DNA from: an uncultured Enterobacteriaceae bacterium
GTDB lineage: Bacteria > Myxococcota_A > UBA9042
DNA: 64,000 nucleotides
Assembly: GCA_964560875.1 (NCBI GenBank)
Contig: CAZLMW010000013.1
Coordinates: forward strand, 12,279 to 76,278
Direction: 5' to 3'
The notes under the pieces were generated by a model. That model saw nothing but the letters and a program-made list of their open reading frames with translations, was not told the DNA's origin and ran no database searches. Below, in pieces: positions 55,869 through 64,000 of this stretch; the first letter of the stretch is position 1, and the number at the start of each line of letters is the position of its first letter. Both the position numbers and the translations under genes were made by a program.

Positions 55869-57383
55869 ATGTCGAAAAAGCTGCGAGTCAAACTGATCAC
55901 ACTGCCGTGGGAGCTCGAAGTCCCCACCCTCTCCCTTGCCTGCCTCGCCGCGGTCACGCCGCGCAAACATTTCGACGTGTGCATCGTCGACTTGCTCCGC
56001 GAACGGCTGGTGCTCGACGAACCCGTGGATCTCGTGGGCATCTCGGCCTCGACCCCGCGCATCAACGCCGCCTACGCCCTCGCCGATATCTACCGGGAAC
56101 GCGGCGTCAAGGTCGTGCTCGGCGGCCATCACGTCACGGCGCTACCCGATGAAGGCCTGCTCCACGCCGACGCCATCGTGCGCGGTGAAGGCGAGGGCGC
56201 CTGGCTGCAGATCTGTCGGCAGATGCTCGAAGACCCCGGGTCGATCGGCGGCATCTACGACGTCCCTGCACCGGATCTGGCCACGCTGCCCCAGCCGCGC
56301 ACCGAGCTGATGAAGCTGCACCGCTACCAGCGCTACTACTACCCGGTCCTCGCGACCCGCGGCTGCCCCCAGACATGCGGCTTCTGTTTCGCCAAGAAGA
56401 TGACCTTCGGCTACCGAACCCACCCGCTGCGCTACGTCATCGAACAGGTCCGCAACCGGCCCAAGTGGGTCAAGGCGATGTACTTCGTCGATGACAACCT
56501 CGCCGGCGACATCGACTACGCACGCGACCTCTTTCGCGAGCTCAAGCGCTACAAGGTCCCGTTCGGGATGCAGGTGCGCCACGAATTCAGCCACGACCCC
56601 GAAAACCTCCGATTGGCGCGGGAGGCGGGCTGCTGCCTCATCTCGTCGGGCTACGAATCGGTCAACCAGACGTCGCTCGATCGCGTGGGCAAGAGCGCTA
56701 CCGCCACGATGTACAAGGAGATCATCAACGCGATCCAGGGCCACGGCATGATCGCGTCGGGCAACTGGATGTTCGGTTTTGACTGGGACACGCCCGACAT
56801 CTTCGAGCAAACCTGGGCGTTCCTGCGCGAAAGCGGCATCACCCACAGCAGCTTCACCGTCGAGATCCCCTTTCCGGGTACCGCGGGCTTCAAACGCTAC
56901 CAGCGCGAGGGCCGCATCCTGACGACGAACTACGACGCGTATTCGGGCAAAGACAGCGTCGTGCATCGCCCCAAGCAGATGTCGCCGCAAGAGCTCCGCG
57001 ACGGCATCCGCTGGCTGGCCCGCAAGTACTATTCGGTGCGTCACCGGTCGCGCATCTGGAAGGACAGCCTGGCCAACAAGAACCTGTTTGCGGAGTACGC
57101 GGGGCTGCAGCGTCCCGTCGCGGTAACGGCCCTCAACGCCTACCAGGTGTGGCTTTGGAAACGCCGCATGACGCCGTCGTTGACGTGGCTGGCCTCGCGC
57201 CTCGTGCGCTTGAACAAACACACCTACGTCCGCGACCGTCTTCGCGGCACCAACTTCTGGCAGACCCGCTTTCCGGCCACCAACCCCGGCACGTTCGACC
57301 TCATCAGCGGCTCGCGCTTTGCCGATGACCCGGCGTCGATGGGCTTCAAGGAAAAGCGGCTGGTCACCTCCTGGTCGCCGTAG
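55869..57383 (+). CDS. Cobalamin (B12)-binding radical SAM protein
   Basis: N-terminal B12-binding Rossmann domain (DLVGISASTPR...VVLGGHH). Radical SAM CxxxCxxC (TRGCPQTCGFCF). 504 aa. Confidence 0.9.
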   Translation: MSKKLRVKLITLPWELEVPTLSLACLAAVTPRKHFDVCIVDLLRERLVLDEPVDLVGISASTPRINAAYALADIYRERGVKVVLGGHHVTALPDEGLLHADAIVRGEGEGAWLQICRQMLEDPGSIGGIYDVPAPDLATLPQPRTELMKLHRYQRYYYPVLATRGCPQTCGFCFAKKMTFGYRTHPLRYVIEQVRNRPKWVKAMYFVDDNLAGDIDYARDLFRELKRYKVPFGMQVRHEFSHDPENLRLAREAGCCLISSGYESVNQTSLDRVGKSATATMYKEIINAIQGHGMIASGNWMFGFDWDTPDIFEQTWAFLRESGITHSSFTVEIPFPGTAGFKRYQREGRILTTNYDAYSGKDSVVHRPKQMSPQELRDGIRWLARKYYSVRHRSRIWKDSLANKNLFAEYAGLQRPVAVTALNAYQVWLWKRRMTPSLTWLASRLVRLNKHTYVRDRLRGTNFWQTRFPATNPGTFDLISGSRFADDPASMGFKEKRLVTSWSP

Positions 57384-57398
57384 GAGACTGCGAGCGAC

Positions 57399-59999
57399 GT
57401 GAAAAACTTCGCCGCCGCACATGTTGTCGTTGCCCTGGCTTTGCTGGCCGGTGTCTCGTGCTCTGACCCCGGGGCCGAATCCACTGCCGAGTCCGATGCC
57501 GAATCCAATACCGAGGCCGGCGCTGATGCCGTTGCCAACGATGTTGCCGACACCGCTGCCGTCGCCGCCTTCGTCAAGGCGTGGATCCCCGGCAAGAACA
57601 CGGGCCTCGTCACCGGTCCGTACGCCGCGCTGGGCAAGCATTCGGGCGACGTGATCCTCGAAAACAAGCACGCGCGCTACGTGATCCGCGGGGCGCCCAC
57701 GGGCATCGCGATGTATGGCACAGCCGGCGGGATGTTGGTCGACGCCATCGCCCTCAAGGATGGCAAGCCCTGGCGCGGCACGTTCGACCACTTGCGCGAG
57801 CTCGTCTTGGCGTTCGACAGCCACCAGGTCCGCGCCGACAACGTCACGATCACCAAAGACGGCAAGGACGGTATCGCCGAGGTCACCGTCACCGGCGCGC
57901 TGCTGCCCATGCCGCAGCTGGCCGACACCCTCGGGCACGACAAACCGCCTGTCATCGCGTCGCACACCTATCGATTGCGCCCCGACTCCGCAGCGTTGGA
58001 GATGCGCACGAAGATCCGCACCGACACCACCATCAAAGCCGGCAAGAAGGTCCCATTGATGGTCGCCGAGATCGCCTTGTGGGGAGCTCAACGCCGCCTC
58101 TTTCTGCCCGGTTTTCACGACCATGAGACGCCGACCGCCGCCAACCTCGACACCATCGGGTTCTCCGCGCGCTCCACCTCCGCATCCGACAGTGCGACGG
58201 GCGCCGCGTTGGCCAGCACCAAGAAGCTGCTCATGATCGACGCAGGAGCCTTTCGGGCGTTCTTGCATCCCAACGTCGAGGCGACCAAAGAGGGCGTCGA
58301 GTTGGTTCGCTATTTCGCGATCGGAGGCCCCGGATTCGCAGACGCGGCCGCCGCGATGGATGTTGTTCGCAAGGCCGCGGGTGTCGGGTCCAAGTCGCGC
58401 CGGATCGCCGGCAAGATCGTCGGGTCGAGCGCCGATTTCGTGGACGCCGTCGATGCCAAAGGCAAGCCGTTGGTGCGATGCGCCGCGGTCGGCGGAAACC
58501 AGTTCGACTGTCCCGTTCCCCTCGCCGCCACTCACATGCGCGCTGGCACACCCGAGGTCGCCAATGCCGTCGCGCTGCCCAAGAGCGGCAAGGACACAGC
58601 CGACAAGACGCCGACCCACCTCGATCTCCCCGGCCCCAAAGCTGCGCGCCTCTTAGTCAAGGCCGAGATCCCCGTGCGAATCACGCTGCGACCTCGCACA
58701 AAGACCGGAAAACCGGGCCCCAAGCACCTGCGTCGCACAATCGCCGCGTTTCCCGGGCCTTTTGCGGTGGATGTCGGGCCGGGCGACTACGACGTGTTTG
58801 TCCACCACGGACCCTTCTATTCACAGCACCACGAGGTCATCAGCGCCAAGGCCGGCGCGCAGACGACCGTCACGGCCAAGCTCGTGCCCCGCATCGATAC
58901 CGGGACGTGGCTCGCCGCCGACCTTCACGTCCATGCCGAGCCCTCACCCGACAGCGAAGTCGCGATCGCGCGGCGCATCGAAGGCGCCCTCGCCGACGGC
59001 CTGTCGTATTTCGTCCACACCGACCATGACCATGTCACCGCAACGGCGCCCTGGTATGTGCAAAACGGCATCGGCACCAGCGGGCCCAAGAAGGGCACCT
59101 GCGGCACGACCCGCTACCAGTACGGCACCGCTTCGTGGGAGCTCGCGACCGCGCCGGGCGTTGAGGTCACGACGATGCAAGACGGCCACTGGAACGTCTG
59201 GCCGGCGGCCAAACCGTTCGCGTGGCACGGCAAGAAACACAGCGAGCTCTTCGACCTCTTCGCTTCCGACAAGCAGGTCCGGGTCGTGCAATGCAATCAC
59301 CCGGCGTCGGACAGCTTCTCCTATTTCACGGCCATCGATTTCGACGCCAAGACCACCCCCAAGGACCTGTTGCGCTGCGATCTCGTCGAGGTCATCAACG
59401 GTTTTGAGCCCGAAAAGACCGCCGAAGTGCTCACCGAGTGGCTCGAGCTGCTGCGGCGCGGCGTGAAATGGACCGCGACCGGCGCGAGCGACTGCCACAA
59501 GACGCGCGACTTCATCGGCAACCCGCGCACGCTCGTTCGTTTCGAACAGGATCCCGGCGGCGACGCATGTAAGCGCACCGCGAAGCATTTCGACGAGCAC
59601 ATGTTGGCCGGACGCGCGCTCGCCACCTCCGGGCCATTCGTGACCGTCACCGCGACCGCTGGCACCAAGACCGCGCAGATCGGCGACACGCTCGATGCCA
59701 AGAACCTCCCGGTTTCGGTCACGGCCACCGTCCAGCTCGTCGACTGGATACAACCCGGAACGGTCGAGGTCTACGTCGACGGCAAGCTGACCCAGACCTC
59801 CGATCTCGCCAAGACCCCGGTCGAAGACGGCAAGCGCACGCTCGTCATCGCCGTGAATGTCCCGGCGCCGAAGAACCCGACCGGCGAGGAACAGTTCGTC
59901 GTGGTCGTCCATCGACCCGGCAAGAAACCGACGACCAGCCCGGGAATCCGTGTCCCGCCATGGGCCATCACAAATCCGGTCTGGATCCGCCGAAAGTAG
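57399..59999 (+). CDS. Secreted lipoprotein with C-terminal PHP/CehA-McbA-like metallohydrolase domain
   Basis: Lipobox LLAGVSCS, acidic linker. PHP-like motifs: DLHVHAEPSPDSE (HxH), YFVHTDHDHV, VQCNHPASD, EVINGFE. Starts 16 bp after the rSAM gene. Confidence 0.7.
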   Translation: MKNFAAAHVVVALALLAGVSCSDPGAESTAESDAESNTEAGADAVANDVADTAAVAAFVKAWIPGKNTGLVTGPYAALGKHSGDVILENKHARYVIRGAPTGIAMYGTAGGMLVDAIALKDGKPWRGTFDHLRELVLAFDSHQVRADNVTITKDGKDGIAEVTVTGALLPMPQLADTLGHDKPPVIASHTYRLRPDSAALEMRTKIRTDTTIKAGKKVPLMVAEIALWGAQRRLFLPGFHDHETPTAANLDTIGFSARSTSASDSATGAALASTKKLLMIDAGAFRAFLHPNVEATKEGVELVRYFAIGGPGFADAAAAMDVVRKAAGVGSKSRRIAGKIVGSSADFVDAVDAKGKPLVRCAAVGGNQFDCPVPLAATHMRAGTPEVANAVALPKSGKDTADKTPTHLDLPGPKAARLLVKAEIPVRITLRPRTKTGKPGPKHLRRTIAAFPGPFAVDVGPGDYDVFVHHGPFYSQHHEVISAKAGAQTTVTAKLVPRIDTGTWLAADLHVHAEPSPDSEVAIARRIEGALADGLSYFVHTDHDHVTATAPWYVQNGIGTSGPKKGTCGTTRYQYGTASWELATAPGVEVTTMQDGHWNVWPAAKPFAWHGKKHSELFDLFASDKQVRVVQCNHPASDSFSYFTAIDFDAKTTPKDLLRCDLVEVINGFEPEKTAEVLTEWLELLRRGVKWTATGASDCHKTRDFIGNPRTLVRFEQDPGGDACKRTAKHFDEHMLAGRALATSGPFVTVTATAGTKTAQIGDTLDAKNLPVSVTATVQLVDWIQPGTVEVYVDGKLTQTSDLAKTPVEDGKRTLVIAVNVPAPKNPTGEEQFVVVVHRPGKKPTTSPGIRVPPWAITNPVWIRRK

Positions 60000-60033
60000 T
60001 TCGAGTGGCTTGTTGCCGCAGACGGGCTAGCAT

Positions 60034-60174
60034 GGCTGCGATCATCGTTTGGTCCACGGACCGAGGCGAAGCCGCGAGGGACGCAAGGCGCAGCTGCGCC
60101 GCACGCTGTGGGAAGGTGGCGAAAAATGACACTTTTTCGCCACCAGGGGCCGGGCGCCGGCCCCTCAACGAAAC
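60034..60174 (+). repeat. Copy C (best preserved) of the ~141-nt hairpin repeat family, in the 5' region of the yihY-like gene
   Basis: Perfect 12-bp stem ggtggcgaaaaa-tgacac-tttttcgccacc at 60115..60144. 8-bp GC stem ggggccgg-gcg-ccggcccc at 60146..60164. Palindrome ggcgcagctgcgcc. 14-bp direct repeats agacgggctagcat at 60020..60033 and 60221..60234. Confidence 0.85.
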
Positions 60175-60240
60175 AAAAACCGACAACATCGTGGAGTCCG
60201 AATGGACGCAATGATGATCGAGACGGGCTAGCATCCCCGC

Positions 60241-61164
60241 GTGCCTGACGATCGGAGACCACCGCTGAGTCCACCCCCCGCCACGTCGGTCTCGATCGCC
60301 GACAAGTTGCTCCGCACCGTGCAGTTCGCGTGGAGCGTGCTCGGCATGTTCGGCGCCAACAAGGGACTGCTCCTTGCCGGGGGCGTCGCCTACAACATGC
60401 TGCTGTCGCTCATCCCGATGCTGGTGGTGTTGCTCCTGGGGCTCTCGCAGGTGTGGCCGCGCGAACAAATCGTCGCGATCCTCGACCTCGAGCTGCAGCG
60501 CGTCGTTCCCGGTCACTCGACCACCATCACGACGGCGGTCACCGCCTTTATCGACAACAGCGACGTCATCGGAATCGTGCTCGTCGGTGTGCTCCTGTTC
60601 TTCGCGTCGCTGGCGTTTCGGATGATCGAGGGCGCTTTCGCCATCATCTTTCGGGAGGTGCCGACCACGAGCCCCCGCAAGCGGTGGGTGTCGGCGCTGC
60701 TGCCCTATTCGTACATCATCGGCCTCGGCGCGGTGCTGCTGGCGCTGGTGGTGGCGACATCCACGATCTCCGCGCTCGCCCTGCAGCCCATCGTCCTCGG
60801 CTCCTACGTCCTGGAGCTGTCGTCGGTCGCCGCGGTGCTCCTGCAGTCGGCGGGCACGGTCATCCTCGCGCTGACGTTCACGTCGATGTACCTGGTGTTG
60901 CCGGTGCAGGACATCGCGCCCCGCCGCGCGTTTATCGGCGGCCTCGTGGTGACGTTGTTGTGGGAGTCCGCGCGTCACTTGTTGGTCTGGTATTTCGCGA
61001 AGATCTCGCTGGTCAACGTCGTCTACGGCTCGCTCGCGACCGTCATTGTCGTGCTGCTGACCATGGAAGTTGCCGCGATAATTGTGCTGCTTGGTGCGCA
61101 AGTTATCGCCGCGCTCGAAAAAAACGCGGCCGATGGGCAGCCGTGGTGGTCGATCGCCCGCTGA
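60241..61164 (+). CDS. YihY/BrkB (virulence factor BrkB / ribonuclease BN-like) family inner-membrane protein
   Basis: Family signature GLLLAGGVAYNMLLSLIPMLVVLL, six predicted TM helices, about 300 aa. GTG start. Confidence 0.85.
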   Translation: MPDDRRPPLSPPPATSVSIADKLLRTVQFAWSVLGMFGANKGLLLAGGVAYNMLLSLIPMLVVLLLGLSQVWPREQIVAILDLELQRVVPGHSTTITTAVTAFIDNSDVIGIVLVGVLLFFASLAFRMIEGAFAIIFREVPTTSPRKRWVSALLPYSYIIGLGAVLLALVVATSTISALALQPIVLGSYVLELSSVAAVLLQSAGTVILALTFTSMYLVLPVQDIAPRRAFIGGLVVTLLWESARHLLVWYFAKISLVNVVYGSLATVIVVLLTMEVAAIIVLLGAQVIAALEKNAADGQPWWSIAR

Positions 61165-61545
61165 ATCCGACAAACGCGACACTGCGCGGTGTTGTTGCGC
61201 TGTTTTCGCGATGATTTTCGAGCTCCGGGCGAACGCGTCGACCGCTTCAAAAAACCACCATGATCCCGCTGTCAGGCTGTTCGTAACCCATTGAAATCAC
61301 GGTATGAACAATTGCTCGATCGGGCCGCAGTAGACCGATAACCCACCGTTATTCGGGGGGTTCATGACATTTTTGCCATCTTGCGCAGGTTTGCGACGTT
61401 CATAACGTGCCCTTCGAAGCGCGCTGCTTCGTGGCTCCGGCTACAGGGCATGCGCCAACCGTCGAAGGCACCCGCCGCCTGCAGACGGTCGCTTCGCCGC
61501 CCCAAGCGCACTCCAAGCGCAGGCGAAGCGGGAGAGGGACGCCAC

Positions 61546-63153
61546 ATGATGCGCAAAAAGCACCCGCACGCCGGGTCATACACAACATCGCTGGTCGGGC
61601 TCGCACCGATCCTGGTTGTCGCTGCCCTGGCTTCGGCTACGGGCTGTGCAGCCGGCGATGATTTGGCGGTCGCCGCCCAGTCCAAACCGTCCGCAGCTGG
61701 GATCGACCCCGGCGCCGCTGAAACGGTCACTGCGGCCGACCCCGACGCGTACGCGCCGCCCGGCACCAAGGCCGACGGCAAGACCAACCACTGGTTTTAC
61801 AAGCTGTCGTACGCCGACGTGATGGTGTCGCCCGACGGCGCTCGTCTGCTCGCCATGGTCCCGGTTCCCGGCCCTGACGCCGGCTTCGACAAGCCCGGCA
61901 TGGTGCTCGTGATTCACGACCTCGCGACCCACAAGACCCACGCGCTGGCCGAACATCGCGACGTCCGCCGCATCACGTTCTCGGGCGATGGCAGCCGCGC
62001 GTTCCTGCTCGATGCCGACGGTCGCCACGTCTCCGTGCTCGCCCTGCAGGAGCGAAAGACCCTCGCCAAGCTGCCGCTCAACGGCGCATACGGCGCGCTC
62101 GAGGCGACGCCGGACGGCAAATTCCTCGTCGCGAGCAACCCGGCGCTCAAGCCGATCGACCGCGAGACCATTTTCACCGAGCCGAGCGCGTGCACGACCA
62201 CCCTCGAAGGCACAAACCTCGCCGCGAACCGCTGCGCCATCGGCGTGATCGAGATCGCGACCGGCAACGCGGCCACGATCGAGCTCGAAGGCGCGCTGCG
62301 CGACGCGGACTTCCTGGCCGGCGGTAAACAAATCGCGCTGACCTGGGCGCGCGACAACAAGCGCCTCTCCAAGCCGTCGCCTCTGGGTCAACACGCCGAA
62401 GGGCGCGTTTCGATCGTCAACCTCGCGCCCATCGCGGCCGACCAGACGTCGCTCAAGCCGGCAAGGACCATCGCGGTCGGCGGCTGCGTCGATCGTCTCG
62501 AAAAGCTCCCCAACGGCAACCGCGCGCTGCTCGTGCCCACAGTCTGCGCGGCGGGCGGTATCGAGGTCGTCGACGTCGCGGTCGGCAAACTGCTCGCGAA
62601 GCTGCCCGGCCATGGCCCCGTTTCGGTGAGCGCCGACGGCAGCCAGGTCGTCGCGATCGTCCCCGGTGGCAAGACCTACCAGCCGACCGGTGGCCTCAAC
62701 CCGGCGGACGCGCTCGTCGTTATCGACCCGATCAACCTGAGCTCCAAACAACACGCCGTTTCGGTGGCCATCACGACCGTCACCATCGCCCCCGACGGCA
62801 AGTTCGCGTACGTCCACGGCACCGACAAGGCGACCGGCGCCGACAAGCTCGTGCAGGTACGCCTCAACGACCTCAAGCAGACCACCGTCGTCGGCGGCGC
62901 CACGCGCCTTTCGCACGCGACCTGGACCAAGGACGGCAAGCTGCTCTACCTGCTCAGCAACAGCGCCGTCTACCGCATCTCGACCGGCATCGCGGTGAGC
63001 TCGCACGTCGATGTGCCCGGCTCACCCGAACTGCTCCACCTGCGCGCCCAGCAAGACATCCTGGTGCTCGGTGAGGCGGACGCTCCGCAGTTCTACCTGG
63101 TGGATCTGCTCGAAGTGGACAAGGTGGAATCGCTGCACTTGGCCGTGCAGTAG
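61546..63153 (+). CDS. Lipoprotein with beta-propeller (YVTN/WD40-like) repeats
   Basis: Lipobox ALASATGC after MMRKKHPHAGSY. Repeated ...DG..L....G...V.V.D.. segments typical of YVTN-type propellers. Start chosen at M56 of the ORF beginning at 61381. Confidence 0.7.
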   Translation: MMRKKHPHAGSYTTSLVGLAPILVVAALASATGCAAGDDLAVAAQSKPSAAGIDPGAAETVTAADPDAYAPPGTKADGKTNHWFYKLSYADVMVSPDGARLLAMVPVPGPDAGFDKPGMVLVIHDLATHKTHALAEHRDVRRITFSGDGSRAFLLDADGRHVSVLALQERKTLAKLPLNGAYGALEATPDGKFLVASNPALKPIDRETIFTEPSACTTTLEGTNLAANRCAIGVIEIATGNAATIELEGALRDADFLAGGKQIALTWARDNKRLSKPSPLGQHAEGRVSIVNLAPIAADQTSLKPARTIAVGGCVDRLEKLPNGNRALLVPTVCAAGGIEVVDVAVGKLLAKLPGHGPVSVSADGSQVVAIVPGGKTYQPTGGLNPADALVVIDPINLSSKQHAVSVAITTVTIAPDGKFAYVHGTDKATGADKLVQVRLNDLKQTTVVGGATRLSHATWTKDGKLLYLLSNSAVYRISTGIAVSSHVDVPGSPELLHLRAQQDILVLGEADAPQFYLVDLLEVDKVESLHLAVQ

Positions 63154-63168
63154 CGTCAGACTCTCAGC

Positions 63169-64000
63169 CTATTTGCACCCTGAAATCGGTGTGCCTTTGC
63201 ACTTGCCGCCGTCGCACGCGTCATTGTTCGTGCAGGCGTCGCCATCGGTGCAGCTGGCCTGGGTCGGCAGGTTCACGCAGCCCTTGATCTTGTGACAGCT
63301 ATCGGCTGTGCAGACCTCGCTGTCGGTGCAGTCCTTGGCGCCCCCAGCGGTGCAAACCGGGCCCTTGCAGGCGTCGCCGACCGTGCAGGCATCGCCGTCG
63401 CCACACGGCGCGTTGTTGGGCACGTGGGAGCACAAACCGGTCGATTTCTCGCACGCGTCGGATGTGCAGACGTTGCCGTCGTTGCAGTCGGGCGGCTTGC
63501 TGTGGCCGCATTGTTTGGCTTTTGCGTCGCAGCTGTCCTTGGTGCACGCGTCGCCGTCATCGCACGCCCCGTCGTCGATCACGCCGTCGCAGTCGTCGTC
63601 CAGGCCGTTGCAGATGTCGGACTTGCTGGCCTTGAACGCGGTTGAGCAGCCAGCGGTCTGAACGTTCAGGCACGTGACCTTGCCGCCGGCACACGGGCCC
63701 TTGCCGCACGGTTGGCCGAGCACGCCGGTCGCTCCGTCGGGGAGTGTCGCGACGAACCCTTCATCGGTGACGCCGTCGCAGTCGTTGTCCTCGAGATCGC
63801 ACTTTTCGGCCGACGCGACTTTGTTTTGCTGGCAGAGCTCTTTGCCGCCCGACAGGCAGATCGGCGTGCCGGGGCAGGATCCGATGAAGGTGCGGCAGGC
63901 TCCGGCGGTTTCGTCGCATTGCTCGCCCGCGACGGTGCACTCGCTGTCTTTCTTGCACGGCTTCAAGCTGCCGGTCCCCGCAAACGCGTCGACGCTGCAG
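63169..64000 (-). CDS. Cysteine-rich repeat protein (Myxococcus Cys-rich repeats plus MopE-like CxGxDDDCDGxxDEG motifs), 3'-complete but 5'-truncated by the window end
   Basis: CTxDxCDxxxxxC repeats and CNGLDDDCDGVIDDG / DNDCDGVTDEG motifs. The ORF runs off the window edge. Confidence 0.8.
   Translation of the reverse strand, partial: CSVDAFAGTGSLKPCKKDSECTVAGEQCDETAGACRTFIGSCPGTPICLSGGKELCQQNKVASAEKCDLEDNDCDGVTDEGFVATLPDGATGVLGQPCGKGPCAGGKVTCLNVQTAGCSTAFKASKSDICNGLDDDCDGVIDDGACDDGDACTKDSCDAKAKQCGHSKPPDCNDGNVCTSDACEKSTGLCSHVPNNAPCGDGDACTVGDACKGPVCTAGGAKDCTDSEVCTADSCHKIKGCVNLPTQASCTDGDACTNNDACDGGKCKGTPISGCK

Noticed and set aside
56142-58619. 825-aa ORF antisense to the radical SAM and PHP-lipoprotein genes
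   Set aside because: Shadow ORF spanning two well-supported + strand genes. No motifs.
60115-60174. Rho-independent terminator interpretation of the two hairpins in the repeat
   Set aside because: Neither hairpin is followed by a U-tract (the downstream sequence is accaggg... and tcaacgaaac). The copies sit upstream of genes, not at gene ends.

Overview
High-GC (~68-70%) chromosomal window that looks myxobacterial (Myxococcota). The clues are many lipobox lipoproteins with Gly/Ser-rich linkers, Myxococcus-type cysteine-rich repeats, a MYXO-CTERM sorting tail, an FHA/sigma-54 activator and Hanks-type kinases. I support about 40 protein-coding genes; no rRNA, tRNA or CRISPR arrays were found by eye.

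The most distinctive content, in window order:

- Secreted cysteine-rich proteins. One giant (about 1260 aa) lipoprotein carries two MAM-like jelly-roll domains, one lipoprotein carries tandem CARDB domains, and one lipoprotein fuses Cys-rich repeats to a PQQ sugar dehydrogenase and a c-type cytochrome. Beside the first of these sits a single-copy HUH (IS200/RAYT-like) transposase next to an 18-bp TTGAAC tandem repeat.
- A cyclic-nucleotide / two-component signalling cassette. A degenerate (pseudo-)cyclase+TPR protein is translationally coupled to a soluble histidine kinase, followed by a REC-REC-class III nucleotide cyclase, with a convergent FHA/sigma-54 activator. A PP2C phosphatase fused to a cNMP-binding domain and a Ser/Thr kinase lie elsewhere in the window.
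- A tandem-fused double UvrA (about 1900 aa, four ABC ATPase modules) divergent from a B12-binding radical SAM enzyme and a secreted PHP-like metallohydrolase lipoprotein.
- A repeat family of about 140 nt with two conserved GC-rich hairpins, present in three copies (two full, one partial). The full copies lie in the 5' regions of lpdA and of a yihY-like gene.
- A tightly overlapped operon of two paralogous 6-TM membrane proteins, a secreted protein and a lipoprotein.

I cannot recognise a canonical defence system. The best candidates for something undescribed are the UvrA-UvrA / rSAM / PHP divergon, the pseudo-cyclase/HK/REC-REC-cyclase module, and the hairpin repeat family. Several N-terminal start sites are uncertain; alternative GTG starts are noted in the evidence fields.
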